Notes: generated by a model from the sequence alone, not told the origin. DNA of 62,745 nt, filler included, from Collodictyon triciliatum (GCA_043381765.1; 10 parts of 10 records of this genome joined end to end with filler, not necessarily neighbours in it), one strand, 5' to 3'. Shown: positions 1 through 24,227, counted from the whole stretch's first letter. Translations and numbers: made by a program.

Positions 1-158
1 AAAAAAAAAAGGAAAAAAGGAAAAAAGGAAAAAGAAAAGAAAAGAAAAGAAAAGAAAAGAAAAGAAAAGAAAAGAAAAGAAAAGAAAAGAAAAGAAAAGA
101 AAAGAAAAGAAAAGAAAAGAAAAGAAAAAACTGCATGAAAGAACGTGATATAACTTAC

Positions 159-1134
159 TCAGGTGCGCCATTCTTAAAGAATTCGTCTCTTTCATTTTGC
201 ATGTCACGGAATGTGGATGACAAGAAAATTCGCACTACACGCTCATCGTAAATAATGGGGTCGAGCTTTTTTGTTGTTTCGTATTTTTGTGGTGAAGGAA
301 CCCATTTTTTAAGTCTGTTTTTCTTCAATTCTTGGCGAACAAGCTTCATCTAGGATATTTTTCCAATTATTTAAACCTTTCAGGAATTCATAATTATGTC
401 ATGTATAAATACGATTGATTCATCTAGGGAGATTACTTTATCCAAGAGGATGCATGTTCGAATAAGGATGATGGAACCTTTCTCGTCCAGCTCAAGTCCT
501 AAATCCCATGCAGGAAAATGTCAGTTTATGATTTTACTTTCATAATGTAGTCATAAAGAACAATTGAAAATGTATGGAATGCACTGAGCAGAAAAACACT
601 ACATACCCTCGAAGGGGAACGGTGCGTCTGCTATTTGGTAAAGCTGCACAGCGGTTTGGTATCTCTCGGCACACTTTTTCTAAGGAAAGGAGAAGGCCAG
701 TTAATTTTCATTCTTTTGTGTCAGGGCAATACAGGTCATACCGCAAATGCTCCTTTATGAGATACACTTTTTCCGATCAAATACCACAAAATTGGTTGGA
801 TCAATTCTACTTATTTAATAAAAAAAAAAAGTCAGTTTTTCTCATTTGTTCAAGGGGAATAACTGGGAAAAGCCTGTGTAATACATGATTGGGAATATAA
901 TACAGAATGTTACAGAGGGCCAAAAAAAAAAAAAAAGAGAGAGAAGGAAAGGTAAGTCTACCGTGAAGTTCATCCCTCTCCTCAGAGGGCATGTCGCGGT
1001 CTAGTTGAAGTTTTGAAGCCCAGGTGCGCAAGGTCTTGTGATTTAGATCTATCAAAGCCTTTTCTGTAATGGGCTGATTGCTTGGAAAGTGAAGAAGAAA
1101 AGTAATGAAAGCGACCGTAAATAGATGTCTGGAC

Positions 1135-1214
<80 letters not shown>

Positions 1215-1612
1215 NNNNNNNNNNGGGGTTTTTTTTTTTTTTTTTTTTTTTTTTGTAAATGAAAGGAAGGTATGCACATGAGACCAATAAAATCAAGGAA
1301 CTAAAAGACAGGTGGGACAGTTTGCCTCCACTTACGCAAATAAACGAGAGTTGTAGTCAACGAGCGAGTCTTGTGTTACGACTTCGATCAACATGATGAG
1401 AAAGAAGCCGTCATGAAAGTCCTGATCGATATTAGAAGCCCTCAGGTCGATCTTCGACAGCTGATAGTTCGCCCATTCCAAGAGGGCCTGCAAAAGATTT
1501 TGAGAGCATGATGTGAAACAGCGAAGCATACAGCAAACTATTCATGTTGCAGATGCGTCATTAAAGAACCTACACGATCGACGGAGGCGGGGCCGGCATT
1601 GGTGCCGCTCAT
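159..1612 (-). CDS. Calponin-homology (CH) domain + DUF4062-like domain protein, spliced, 3' part runs off the window start
   Basis: Spliced exons read MSGTNAGPASVDR|ALLEWANYQLSKIDLRASNIDQDFHDGFFLIMLIEVVTQ...ELIQPILWYLI, matching the CH consensus LLxWxN...DFxDGxxLxxLIE...ILWxLI. A later exon reads VRIFLSSTFRDMQNERD, the DUF4062/TEP1/NWD1 signature RxFxSSTFxDMxxER. Junctions are GT-AG and phase-compatible; the start codon is tentative. Confidence 0.7.
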
Positions 1613-2275
1613 TCTCGAACTGGAACTCTAAGCAACAGAAAAAAAAAACGGAGGAGGGATCTGCGGTTTTCCGCGTTGATGTTACGTCTCCTTGGTGCCC
1701 TTGGCAGTACGCGGCCTGCTTGCCTGTTGCGCTTCCTGTACGGCGCTGATCAGTCGACCTCCTGTCATTTTCGCACAACCACACACATCCTTGTTTCTTT
1801 GCTCTCGCGTGCTTGATTCATCTGGTGGCGAAGCCTTCTGCGGGACTAGCGTGACACATTCGATCACTTCGATTGTGGGTAGCAGTTGACATGCAACTCA
1901 TCTGGAAAAATTTGCCGGAGGGGGAATTTCGGCAAAGCGGCAAGATACAAACAAAAAAAAAAAGTCGGAATGTCATCAATCACGGTCTTATGTTTATTGA
2001 AGGGTTGCACTGGGCATGGCTGCGCATGTTGGTTGTGTATCGGGAATGAGGTCTAAATTCTATTATACTATCCCAGAGACACGTGAATACACTTCTGCAG
2101 ACAACTCGTGTATGTTTTCTCTTTGATTGTTTCAGGTTGTGCGATGGTGCCCCGGTGGGTTCTCATCTTTGGTCTTTCTAATATACACCACTTTGGTGAG
2201 AATGTAAAAACGCAGTGGTTGCTCGGTTATTATAACGTCGATGTATAGTCAGATTGGGTAAGTTCATGACTTTTG

Positions 2276-2352
<77 letters not shown>

Positions 2353-2367
2353 ATCTAATACATACGG

Positions 2368-7187
<4,820 letters not shown>

Positions 7188-7348
7188 TGTCAATTGTAAT
7201 GGTCAGATTATATAATTATGGATCTTAATCTATACACAGTTTTCTTTTTCTTTTTCTTTTTTTCTTTTTTTCTTTTTTTTTCTTTTTTTTCTTTTTTTTC
7301 TTTTTTTTCTTTTTTTTCTTTTTTTTCTTTTTTTTCTTTTTTTTCTTT

Positions 7349-7448
7349 NNNNNNNNNNNNNNNNNNNNNNNNNNNNNNNNNNNNNNNNNNNNTTAATTAA
7401 TTAANNNNNNNNNNNNNNNNNNNNNNNNNNNNNNNNNNNNNNNNNNNN
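7349..7448. other. Artificial contig-joining linker (44 N + TTAATTAATTAA + 44 N); also at 14799-14898, 22246-22345, 29690-29789, 37133-37232, 44576-44675, 52017-52116, 59453-59552 and 60560-60659
   Basis: The same 100-bp spacer, with stop codons in all six frames, occurs nine times. The contigs between are 7350, 7347, 7344, 7343, 7343, 7341 and 7336 bp (length-sorted), then 1007 bp. Confidence 0.98.
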
Positions 7449-7540
<92 letters not shown>

Positions 7541-7643
7541 TTGATGAGTTTATGGACTAAAAACAAAACAAAACATGAAAAGACGGAGCAAGGAAAATTT
7601 GCATATAAATTATGGTGGATATAAATTCAACAGAATTAAACAC

Positions 7644-9976
7644 CATTGGGTGATGCAATCTTCACAAAAAACATGTCTGCAGCGAAGTACGACGGGATTG
7701 GACATTTCTGAGTCGTGGCATATTGGGCATGTGCTCTCCTCACCCAAAATCTCTTCTGCGCGTACATAATCCCCGTAATGCTACATATCGAGCACATATA
7801 TTTAGACTAGATTATGCGAGTGTTTGAACTAAATAAGTAATAATACAATATCGAGCCTTCCTTTTCTTTATATAGAATAAATTAGATGAACATCTTATAA
7901 TAAAACATTTTAATTCTCCTTTTGTTATATGTTATATCTACTTCGCTGAATTTCGTTTGCTCATAAAAACTTTACATTTAATTAAATGGAAAAATCATTT
8001 CTCAAAAATCAGTTCAATTTTTTTTTTTTACATGACAACATGAAGCTGATACATACCTCATCTTCCACAAATTTCTTCACGTTAATAGCATAGAGGTTCA
8101 CCCGAATACCAAGGTCATAGACTTTGAGAATTGGATAAAGTATGCTTACGGCATGTGTGAACATCGTGTCATCATAATGGCCTGAAAGATAAGTGCTCCA
8201 CTAGAAACAAAACAAAACAAAAACAAAAACAAAAACAAAAACAAAAACAAAAACAAAAACAAAAACAAAAACAAAAACAAAAACAAAAACAAAAACAAAA
8301 ACAAAAACAAAAACAAAAACAAAAACAAAAACAAAAACAAAAACAAAAACAAAAACAATTTAACATTAGACCGAAGTGCAAAAAAAAAAAAAAAAAAAAG
8401 ACAACCTTGCTAAATGCTTATATCGTTTTATGCTCGGTTTATGTATATGCAAAGATCGAAAAATTACTATGGGAATAGGTGCAGCTATTTTAATCAGTCG
8501 AAACAATCCCTCGATACAGGAATAAATCTGACCCTATAGATTGTGATTATGATAGTTACTTAACATCTATGAGGCGTCCGAATATCCAAAAAAAAAAAAA
8601 AAAAGAAATAAAAATCGAGAATGAGGTACACTTGGCAAAAGATATGAAATGATAAAATAGTCAAATAATGGGATAAAAAAGGAAATGAAAATAATTCGCA
8701 CGTTTCGTCTGTGTGGGTACCGAGCACCAAAAGCCATTACATGCAGGATTTTGACAAACATGCATATGTTTGTCAAGATAAAATCTAAAAAGAGAAACAG
8801 AAAAGAAAAAGAAAAATGTTCAGTCATGCGAGGATGATTCTTCTAATCAATGTTCCAAGTCATCCTCCTTCGTACTTTACATTTGACAGGTCTTGTTATA
8901 CAGGAAACCAAAAACTACCGTTCATAATGAAGTTCCATAAAGACGAAAACAAATCGTGCTTGGCAGGGATTCCAAGAAATACAACAAAGGCTCGACTTTC
9001 TTCGATGCAAAACACTTGAATTAGGATGAACGCAACACATAGAAACAAAGAAATCAGCGTACAGCGCCTTAGGCTTCGAACGGCCTATTATTCATGTAAT
9101 ATCTATGTAAGATATATGCCGCGTCTATGCTCCATTATGGTTCGAAAATATGCGGAAATATGAGAAAAGCCTACTCAAAGGTAGAATCTCACCTTGAGAG
9201 ACACTTGTTGTCGAATAAAACCGTCAATCTTCAGGAATAAATATAAGAACAAACAGAATGTGGATATTCCTAGTCATGGGTGATTTTGTCAGAAAGAAAA
9301 CATAGATATTGGCTTCAGATATGGATAAATAAAAAATTTATTTAAAAACATCAATTATCTCAAAATAAGTGCTGTCAAATATTGCACATTTCGTTTGTAT
9401 TTGATGGATTTTATATGTACAATTAGATAAGTCCCTTCGAAGTCATCTGAACATATATAGGGATATGCAATAATCAACAAAATCGATATATTTGAGAGTG
9501 CCATATCGTCTGCTTTCAATATAAAATAGAAATAAGAAAAAAATTCTCATTGAATTACCAATGAAGTGGGTGTAAACAAAGAGAAAGGCCATCAAGACGA
9601 TAAGAGGAGTTCCTTGTGCAAACCAAACGATGAACGGACGCAACTCAGCCATTTCATCGACCTGTTGGTGTTGCAAGGGAGGCTGCTCTTGCTCTGGGGC
9701 TTGATTGTTGGTATCTGCCAAAGCATTGTGGACATTTGTTGTATTTTCATCGGGTCTGTTGTCTTGAGCAATCTGAATCGCCACGTGTTCTTGTTGCAAA
9801 GGCGGAAGGATCGCTCCTGTTGCAGCATGGTTGGGGGAGAATGGGTGTGGATGTAGAACAGGGGATAATTCATGAATGGATGGAGACCGCGTAGACATGG
9901 ACGGGGACGCAGATGCCTGTGTCATTTGAAACGAGAGATAGCGCTCCATTTGCGACCGAATATCCTCGCTGCTCAT
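7644..9976 (-). CDS. RNFT1: RING finger and transmembrane domain E3 ligase (RNFT1/RNFT2 family), last exon missing at contig edge
   Basis: C-terminal exon HYGDYVRAEEILGEESTCPICHDSEMSNPVVLRCRHVFCEDCITQW is a C3HC4 RING preceded by the family YG motif. The N-terminal exon has a low-complexity stretch followed by WFAQGTPLIVLMAFLFVYTHFIG, the first TM segment typical of the family. Confidence 0.8.
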
Positions 9977-10896
9977 GGACCGCACAGGCCGCTGGTTGAG
10001 CTTGTGCAATAAGTTTAGGCATTTGGAAGTGTGCAGAAATTTCTTGGAGACATATGTCACAACACAACACAACACAACACAACACAACACAACACAACAC
10101 AACACAACACAACACAACACAACACAACACAACACAACACAACACAACACAACACAACACAACACANNNNNNNNNNNNNNNNNNNNNNNNNNNNNNNNNN
10201 NNNNNNNNNNNNNNNNNNNNNNNNNNNNNNNNNNNNNNNNNNNNNNNNNNNNNNNNNNNNNNNNNNNNNNNNNNNNNNNNNNNNNNNNNNNNNNNNNNNN
10301 NNNNNNNNNNNNNNNNNNNNNNNNNNNNNNNNNNNNNNNNNNNNNNNNNNNNNNNNNNNNNNNNNNNNNNNNNNNNNNNNNNNNNNNNNNNNNNNNNNNN
10401 NNNNNNNNNNNNNNNNNNNNNNNNNNNNNNNNNNNNNNNNNNNNNNNNNNNNNNNNNNNNNNNNNNNNNNNNNNNNNNNNNNNNNNNNNNNNNNNNNNNN
10501 NNNNNNNNNNNNNNNNNNNNNNNNNNNNNNNNNNNNNNNNNNNNNNNNNNNNNNNNNNNNNNNNNNNNNNNNNNNNNNNNNNNNNNNNNNNNNNNNNNNN
10601 NNNNNNNNNNNNNNNNNNNNNNNNNNNNNNNNNNNNNNNNNNNNNNNNNNNNNNNNNNNNNNNNNNNNNNNNNNNNNNNNNNNNNNNNNNNNNNNNNNNN
10701 NNNNNNNNNNNNNNNNNNNNNNNNNNNNNNNNNNNNNNNNNNNNNNNNNNNNNNNNNNNNNNNNNNNNNNNNNNNNNNNNNNNNNNNNNNNNNNNNNNNN
10801 NNNNNNNNNNNNNNNNNNNNNNNNNNNNNNNNNNNNNNNNNNNNNNNNNNNNNNNNNNNNNNNNNNNNNNNNNNNNNNNNNNNNNNNNNNNNNNNN

Positions 10897-10992
<96 letters not shown>

Positions 10993-11286
10993 TCCTTTTT
11001 CTTTGACTTTGTCTTTGTCTTTGTTATGTTAGGTTTCTCGCTCCTGTGCTGGGTGCGACTGTTTCTCTGCCAAGGGCAAAATCCGAAGGAAAGTTGTCCG
11101 GATCAGATTACTCATAATTTCCGCGTTTGGTTTCCATCTAATTTCTTGAAGTGGAATTACAGAAATCTTTACTTGGTGTGGAATTTAGTTTATTCAACCC
11201 TCACGAATCGCTGGGAATGCAAATGCGCTCGGGTTTCACGTTTGGCTATGTTGTGACTGGGTAAGAGCAACCGAACTCAAGAATAT

Positions 11287-11654
11287 TCATAAGACACGGA
11301 GATTTGGCTCACATCTCGACAAAATCCAATCCAGAAACGCTTACTCAAATCTCTCATCAGTACCCTCAGCTGAAAAGATTAATGGAAGAAATATTTAGTA
11401 TAATAAAAAAATTTTTTTAGGGGAATATATAAACAGAATTGTAAGGTATTCCGATAAACTTAATTATTATTTTTTTTTAAAAAAAAAAAGCGAAATTTCT
11501 TGGTGTGTAAGTGTATGAGTTCATAAAAACAGTATAATATTACCTCCCAAAGAATCCAACATGAGCCATGGAAGAACATAGGGCTTAATATCCAACCGTA
11601 GCTGACGTTTGCGTAAGATGCCATTATATTTTCTACGCAGCAATTAAATCATAT

Positions 11655-11697
<43 letters not shown>

Positions 11698-12803
11698 TTG
11701 TGTTTTGCACAAAACTTACGAGCCAACAAAATAATCGACGTCCCAGTGCTGATGAAGATCAAAACCCCAAACATGGACATCAACAGACTGGCGTGCAAGG
11801 TTTCCGCAGAGTAGTTATCACTAATCAATTTCAATCGTCGAAAAATGTGCAACTTGAATCGGCTGTATGAATTCCACAGCTCAGACCCAACCACTGTAGA
11901 GAAAAATAGCAAGCATAGCAAGACTGAACCATGAAAAATCAATAATGGAGAGAGCAGCACATATGGGTCTATCTGAAAGAACCCATCTGCAGATATAGAT
12001 ATCAGGATGATTTCAATTTCCATCATCACCAAGAATATAAAAAAGTTTGCAACAAACATTCTATATTCCATAGTTTGAAGAGTGTAGATTGAATTGTCGA
12101 TGCTACAGAGTTAAAAAAAATTACTGCAATTTCTCTCTAATTTATTATAAGCACGAGGCATACAACGAGTGTTATGATATGAGAAGGAATAAATACCTTT
12201 GATACAAGGTACTCTTCATTTTAAAGTAAAATGAAATGATAACATAAATCATCGACAACTGAGACGGTATAAAAACGAAGGACCACAGAAAACTTGCGGG
12301 AAAATGTTTGTCAAGTTTCAAACATATTGCAAGTGGTGATATAAATAATAAAAGAATCATTTGAATTCCGTCGTAAATATGTGGACTCTCAGAGACGATC
12401 TAGAATATTGAATAAACAGATTATATGTGTTTGTCGTGCAGACGAAATTATGCATACCTATTTCACAACCAACGATACGCCATATCTCTGAAGAACAAAA
12501 TAATTAAACGAATAAACGAATAAAAATTACCCTTAGAACGCCAATAAATCCTCGCCGATTTTCTGGTATGTCCTCATTAGAAAATGGAAGCAACCAGTCA
12601 AGTATAATGCAAACACAGCCGCTCCAAAACAGACATCCTACTTCCATATACGACATATCAGATACACCATCGAGTTTCCACTGGACGATTAGGAGGAAGA
12701 CAAAGAACAACACAGCACAACTTAGCCTCATAAAACCAAGGCAGCTGTGGTAGGTTGGGGATGTCTCTCCGAAATATTTTTGAAGAAACTGCCAGATTTT
12801 CAT
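11287..12803 (-). CDS. Multi-pass membrane protein, TMEM185/TMEM60/TMEM203 (fragile-X-F-associated)-like
   Basis: Repeated TM hairpins carrying the family-like motifs IVQWKLDG...SY, ICLKLD...WSFVFIP and SYGWILSP; several hydrophobic exons; stop TGA at 11287-11289. Confidence 0.6.
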
Positions 12804-13126
12804 AATTCCATTAAAAAGAATTCAAAACACGATGATAACGGGTCAAAAGTCAAATTTCTAAAAAGTGAATGATTTTTATAATATTTATTGGGCATATCCT
12901 TACTGTTTGATTTCGATTGATTTCACGGCTTTGCGCTATGAGCACATTATGGTAGTATTTTCCTCCACTTACAATCACTGCTGTCGGGTCGAAGTCGCAT
13001 AGAATCTGATTATTTTTGTAATTTCCTTCGTTAATTTTTTGAAAATAATGAATCCCATTGAGCATTAATTAACTTGGACTGGAGAAAAAAGAACGTGGCT
13101 ACATGCGGAATAGTTTATTGCTTTAT

Positions 13127-13821
13127 TCATGAAAATATTACTGGAAATAACCCGTGATCTTCCAGCGGGTAATGAAGTCCACCCCAATCGTACTTGTGCG
13201 GGAAAGATTTTATGCAATGACCCAAGTCAACATCCCAAACCTGTGAACAAATCTTTGAAATTAAATACATTTTCGATTCTCCCTTCGTTTGGTATTTTCT
13301 TCATCCCCATATTTGAATCGGACGCAAGAGAAAATAGTGTTGTAAAATCGTACTCTGATTGTCCCTATGCTATCTACAGTCGCCAGCACTGTACAGGTAT
13401 TAACTTCGTTTCGGTAGAACTTCTTGGATGAGATGGCTTTTGTATGATAAATTAATTGGCACTATAAAGTTGAATTGTGTAATATTTATCTTTTTTATGT
13501 AATTTTATTTTGTACCTTGAAAAAATATAAAATGCATGGCAATCATCTATGTGTTAACTTTTTTTTTAAAATAAAAATGAAGTTACACAAATGCAATCAA
13601 AATAATGGAATCTTACCTCTTATGGGATGTTCGTGTCCCTCCAGAGATTTTAAGACTCTGTCTGATTCGATAGAGTAAACATAAACTTTGTTGTCCACAG
13701 TAATAAACATGTAAGGAGCACAAAACTAGTGGCATAAAAAGATAAGGTTCAAATACGAAAGCAATACACTTTTCTATTTGAAAAAAAAAAACATCAGGTA
13801 TCATTCGTGTTCGTATTAGTC

Positions 13822-13920
<99 letters not shown>

Positions 13921-14654
13921 CCGGCTCTATGTGCACTTACGCTGGTATGTGAAAATGAGACGCTGGGTGATTGAAAAATAGGTGCGTTCAGTGTCTTTAT
14001 TATCCTTCCATTTGGAATGGACCATATACTGCAAGAGTACAGAGATGGGACCTGTATGTAAATGATTTAGTGTGTATTTGCTGGAGAAAGTCATGAAGGC
14101 TCTTGGGGGAAAATGTATCAGCCAGCATCTGCATACGAGCTAAAATACCGTTAAGATGCAGGGAGTTAGGTGCTTTTGAGGGAAGTCTTGTGACATGATT
14201 TCTATTGTTTGAGATGGAAGGAAACATGTTGGGTACACCAAAGATATAGAAATCAGCTCTCCTGCATTAGAGAAGCAGTTTAGTATTAGAATAAAATAAC
14301 GAGACATATGAACAATTGAACATGTGCTATACACATCATGATATTTCCCTTTATTCGATTCAAGAGTTATTCATATATTGATATCACTGCATGAAACCTT
14401 GCTGTATCATCGTTGATAACTTTTCTCCATCCTTGGACCATACAATAATCATTCCATCAGCACATCCAGTAATTATGTAGTCATTTAGCAGCTCCAAGAA
14501 ACAAACAGAGGCTCCTGTGAATTTTGTCCATCAGAAATATGTATAAAGAATCAATTCATATAAAATTTTTAAAAAAAATAGAAGAAACAGAATATCACTC
14601 AAACCATGTCCTGACAGTAGCTTATTGGTATACTCGTTGTTTCTATACCAAATC
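13127..14654 (-). CDS. WD40-repeat protein, 5' truncated at contig end
   Basis: Exons give KLLSGH|GASVCFLELLNDYIITGCADG...VW, KSLEGHEHPIRAI and LATVDSIGTIR|VWDVDLGHCIKSF. The 3' end is uncertain. Confidence 0.65.
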
Positions 14655-14913
14655 CTTTTGAAAAAATTAAGGGAAAAGGTTACACAAGAACGACCTTTGT
14701 TTGTTTGTTTGTTTGTTTGTTTTGTTTTGTTTTGTTTTGTTTTGTTTTGTTTTGTTTTGTTTTGTTTTGTTTTGTTTTGTTTTGTTTTGTTTTGTTTTNN
14801 NNNNNNNNNNNNNNNNNNNNNNNNNNNNNNNNNNNNNNNNNNTTAATTAATTAANNNNNNNNNNNNNNNNNNNNNNNNNNNNNNNNNNNNNNNNNNNNTT
14901 TTTTTTTTTTTTT

Positions 14914-14946
<33 letters not shown>

Positions 14947-15041
14947 ACTTTCTATTACCTATTATGAAACTTTTTGTGCTCTGCTTTCCGGTTTCAAACA
15001 AAATATTGATTGAGCATTCAAACTTCATATTCTTGTTTCAG

Positions 15042-19879
<4,838 letters not shown>

Positions 19880-20434
19880 TTACATCTCCCAGATAATATA
19901 TCAGGCTGAAGCATATCGGGGTATTTCCAGCTCACCGTGATTCACAGCAGGGTCTGCTGTATGGCCAAGCATAATAAACTGTTTTATCATTTCATATTTT
20001 TACTTTGATAATCTCTTTCTTCTCTTTTGGAGGAAAACGCGGGCGACCACATGATACCGTAATAGATATACAAATATGGAATTTATACTATAATATCTTG
20101 ATTATTTCTATTTATAGTAAATATTTATTAAATACTACAATTAGAATAAGCATATGTATTATAGTATATACATTATTGTCGAATAATTCAAAATTTAAAC
20201 TCTATATGTCGTGAGCCGTTACATCAACGATCACCCAGCCCGAAGTATAACAAACACACTTTCGTATACACCAAAAAACAATTCAATACACATTTAACAC
20301 TCATGCGACAAATCAGTCGCTCAACCGTCTCTGTCACTGGACACTTCACCCACCCTCACACTCACCCACACAAGGAAGGCGAGCTGCAAAGAGCGTCCCA
20401 ACAACCACAACCCCAACCAAAACCAAAAGTACGC

Positions 20435-21731
20435 ATGGCCTCCAGCAGCCAAATGATGCGCGTCAACAAGGAGATCCGCGACCTCCAAAAAGGCGACATG
20501 GAAGGGATTGTGCCTGTCTTTGACGAGTTTGATGTCTTCACTGTGTTGGCCTACCTGCAAGGCCCCGGTTTGCTCTCCTCAGCCCCTTCACAACATTCAT
20601 AGCCCGACGAGGCCAAAAAGCCTCTGCGTCCCTCCACACATATCTCCAGCGCACTCTCACTATGCCGTCGCCAAAGACTCAACGAAGCACAGCAAAACCT
20701 AACCCAACCTCATCAACATATGGCTTCACTCAGCCGGAACGCCGTTTGAGGGTGCCTTCTTCAAGGTCTCCCTGACTATGGGACCCGACTTTCCCTCTGC
20801 CCCTCCAAAAGGTGTTCATGCACGCTCGAAGCCCCAACCAATCGGAAACACACTCTCTTTTCCTTTATCTTGTTCCCTCCCACCCAACCCAGCTGCTATT
20901 CCCCTATATCGTCCTCGTATCTTGCCCTTGCTGAACTCCCCGATCACTTGCTCTCCTGTGTGATTCATGGCTCAGTATGTTCCCTCTCCTACGACCAACT
21001 CACCCACGGCCACTGAAACATGACCAGGACTCTTCCTTACGCGCATCTTCCACCCGAATGTCAGCGAGAAGGGCGAGATATGTGTCAACACCCTCAAGAA
21101 GGACTGGCGACCAGACGTCGGCCTGCGCCAAGTGCTTCTGGTAAGCAATATCCAAGCTGGAAGACACACGCTCCAAAGCCTCCATTCTCCTCCTCCATAT
21201 CCCAGTATCCATCAATCAGCGTTCTTCCCTAGGTCATCTGCCTGCCCTCGCGCAGTATTTGTCCCTCTAACTTCAGGCAAGCAGAGGCCTTCTCCCAGAA
21301 TTGTAACTGATGCCCTAACCCTCGCTCTTGCTTTTGTCCAGACGATCAAGTGTCTTCTGATGATGCCGAACGCAGAGTCTGCCCTGAACGAAGAGGCTGG
21401 GCGGCTGCTCCTGGAGGACTACGAAGGCTACTTTCGCCGGGCCAAGCTGCACACGTCTGTCCACGGGCTAAAGTCGCTTCCATCCTCTGTGTTGGCAGCC
21501 TTGTCTGGCGATGAAAACACTGCAGCCGTGGGGAATGAGGCCGCGTGTTCTTCAGAGTCGGTTGCAGCCGCAGTTGCGGCCTCGCCTTCCTGTCCCGTCC
21601 AGTCACTGGTGGAGGATTCGTCTGCGCCATTGGCTGCCTCCTCTGCTTCGGCACCAAAGAAGTCGAAGGAAGCGCTCGAGGCAGAAAAGAAGAAGCAGCT
21701 GGACAAGAAGCGGACCGTCAAGAGGCTGTAA
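20435..21731 (+). CDS. UBE2S: Ubiquitin-conjugating enzyme E2 S (APC/C K11 chain E2), 4 exons
   Basis: GP|AGTPFEGAFFKVSLTMGPDFPSAPPK|GLFLTRIFHPNVSEKGEICVNTLKKDW, TIKCLLMMPNAESALNEEAGRLLLEDY, and the characteristic C-terminus DKKRTVKRL. Confidence 0.93.
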
Positions 21732-22175
21732 TTGCCATCAGTTGCCCATGACCTGCTATTTCTATTTTTTCCTTTATTTCATACCCTGTCCTTCTCGCCT
21801 TGAGCATCTTTTACTTGGGTTGCGGATTGTTTATATTGAGCTGCACCGAACCTTTTGCTTCCTATTCTGCATCGACTCAACCACTCGATGTAGTGTCTCA
21901 TTTTTGTGATAAATAAACTGGCGTCGAAGGCATCATAGCAGTCCGCATTTGGTTGCGCAACTTGTCTGATTGGTGGCACAAACAAGGCTTTTTCAGTAAG
22001 GGGGCGTTCCAATTGGGCGACGGAGGGCGACTAATCGCACAGACCGCATTCCTTGTCCTGTCTGGAATGGTTTCGATGTGTGTGCGATAGAGAAAAGGAT
22101 TCGATACTGATTAATCTGATGACATAGTTAATTCTCCCGCGCTCTTCGAGCTTGTCTTTTATCTACATTTTTTTT

Positions 22176-22245
<70 letters not shown>

Positions 22246-22402
22246 NNNNNNNNNNNNNNNNNNNNNNNNNNNNNNNNNNNNNNNNNNNNTTAATTAATTA
22301 ANNNNNNNNNNNNNNNNNNNNNNNNNNNNNNNNNNNNNNNNNNNNGACCTGTTGGGCCTATAATATCATATATACATAAACAATATGAAAACAAAAGGTT
22401 AG

Positions 22403-23671
22403 GCAGCAGACTATGGATGTTTCCGTATTGCTTGATTATGTTGGAAAGAATTCCAGCTACTACTTGTTTATGGAGGACGACTTTGAACTGTGCCCACATG
22501 GGATGAGGGCAATACAGTATGTAATGGAAAAGGTAAGAAAAGAATGGTTCTGGTGCATTAATGCCTTTTTACCTTTCAAAATTTTCTGGCTAGGGGTGTT
22601 ATGATATTTAATATTTGATATCTAACCTATTTCTCTGCTTTGGTTCCATTCCATTCGGTTTTTTTCTCCATGTTGCTTGTGTAGACACATTTTCTACCAT
22701 TTGATTGGTCTATCATCAGAATATCCTATGGGCTAAATGGAGTAATAATGAAAGGTACAGATGTCCCGGTTTTTGCGCAGGTATGAAGAAGTTTTAACGA
22801 CAATATCTACCCGTTATGTTCCTTTTATTTAATAGCGTAGTAGACATACACCAACTTTTTTTTTTTAATAATATTGATGAATTTTCAATAAATTAGTATC
22901 TACGAAACAATGTTTTCCGCAGACCCCCTGATCACCTGAGTGTTGAGTGGTATGCCAAAGAAGTGACAGCAGGGTGATTTATATTTGTATTCCAAACGTG
23001 CTTTTATGCCCTTTTATTTCGATGCACATTATTTTTATAGCAACCAATCAATTTAACTGCGGTTGCATCATATTCTGGTCCTTCTGTCCTCTCATTTATT
23101 GCGGACTTTTGTGATGACAATTTTCATACCTTTAAAAGTGACGTGACCATCCCTTAAAATAGAAAAGAATACTTTGGGGACAGAAGACCTGTTGCGTTTC
23201 GCTACAACTTATTTACCCACCTCGGACTGAAATCCACATTACGCGATAAAGAGAGTCGACAGTTTCCAGGCTGCTATGATAATTTAGTATATCCCACTGT
23301 ATTTGAGGTAATTTTGCACATTTTCTCACAAGATTGGTTTCATTTTTTTTTCTTAAAAGACACAGTTATCGGATTCTGGCTTACGACATATCTGCTGAGC
23401 ATACATATTCAATCACACGTATTCCCTCCTTCCGTTTTTTTTTTTTTTTGGATGAAATGAAGCTGTCACGGAATGAGAGCCCATTCTAGTAAATAAAGGA
23501 GCATACCCCGTTGGAATGATTTTTTCCAAATGATTTACCTTAATGCTTTTCCCAATCTCGCTGCCTCAGGTCGAAGCGTTTGACCCAAATCGGTGTGGCC
23601 ACGATGATATAACACCCTGTGACATCGACCCGTCCATGCAAAAGTTCCATTCGATGATGAAGTTTGTCTAG
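22403..23671 (+). CDS. Glycosyltransferase family 54 (MGAT4/GnT-IV-like), 5' truncated
   Basis: QQTMD...YYLFMEDDFELC, GLNGVIMKGTDV, RRPPDHL and NLFTHLGLKSTL match GT54 motifs (Q..D, YxxxxEDD, PxDxL, LFxHxGxxSS). Stop TAG at 23669-23671. Confidence 0.75.
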
Positions 23672-24227
23672 TACCCACACAATCGTGTTCCAGCTCAATC
23701 AGAAGAAATGCCAGGAGAACACAACAGCCTGCCTTCCTTTGGACGGGTGCTGACCCGCCTTGTATGAAAAGATGCAAGGCCATACCTTTTTCGTTTTTTT
23801 TCTTTTGTCGGACTGCTCTGCTTGCCTACGCATAAACACCCTCCGCAGCCCGCTCGATGCTGTGTGCCGAAGCACCCTCACGAAAGAGAACGCACCTACC
23901 CCACCACTGTTTTCTGGGTGCATCCCAACCGCGCCGAAGTTCTGCGGCCATGAGGCTGCACACGGCCAGGCCAAGCTCACGCGCACCCATACCAAATAGC
24001 GGGACGTGTTCCCAGTCGCCGCAGCCATTCCCAACGAACGCGGCTTGCTTGCCTGCCCGCTTGCTTTGAGCCCGTTGGGACACTGCGCTGTCAGACAATT
24101 GACGTTCCTTTGATCAGAATGGCACCGGCAGCAAGGGGAGTCGCGCTATGTCAGGATGCGGGCATGATCGTTTGGAGCGGATTGATTCTCTGCCGAGACC
24201 CCGAGAGAAAGCCCTCCCTCTGCTTGG

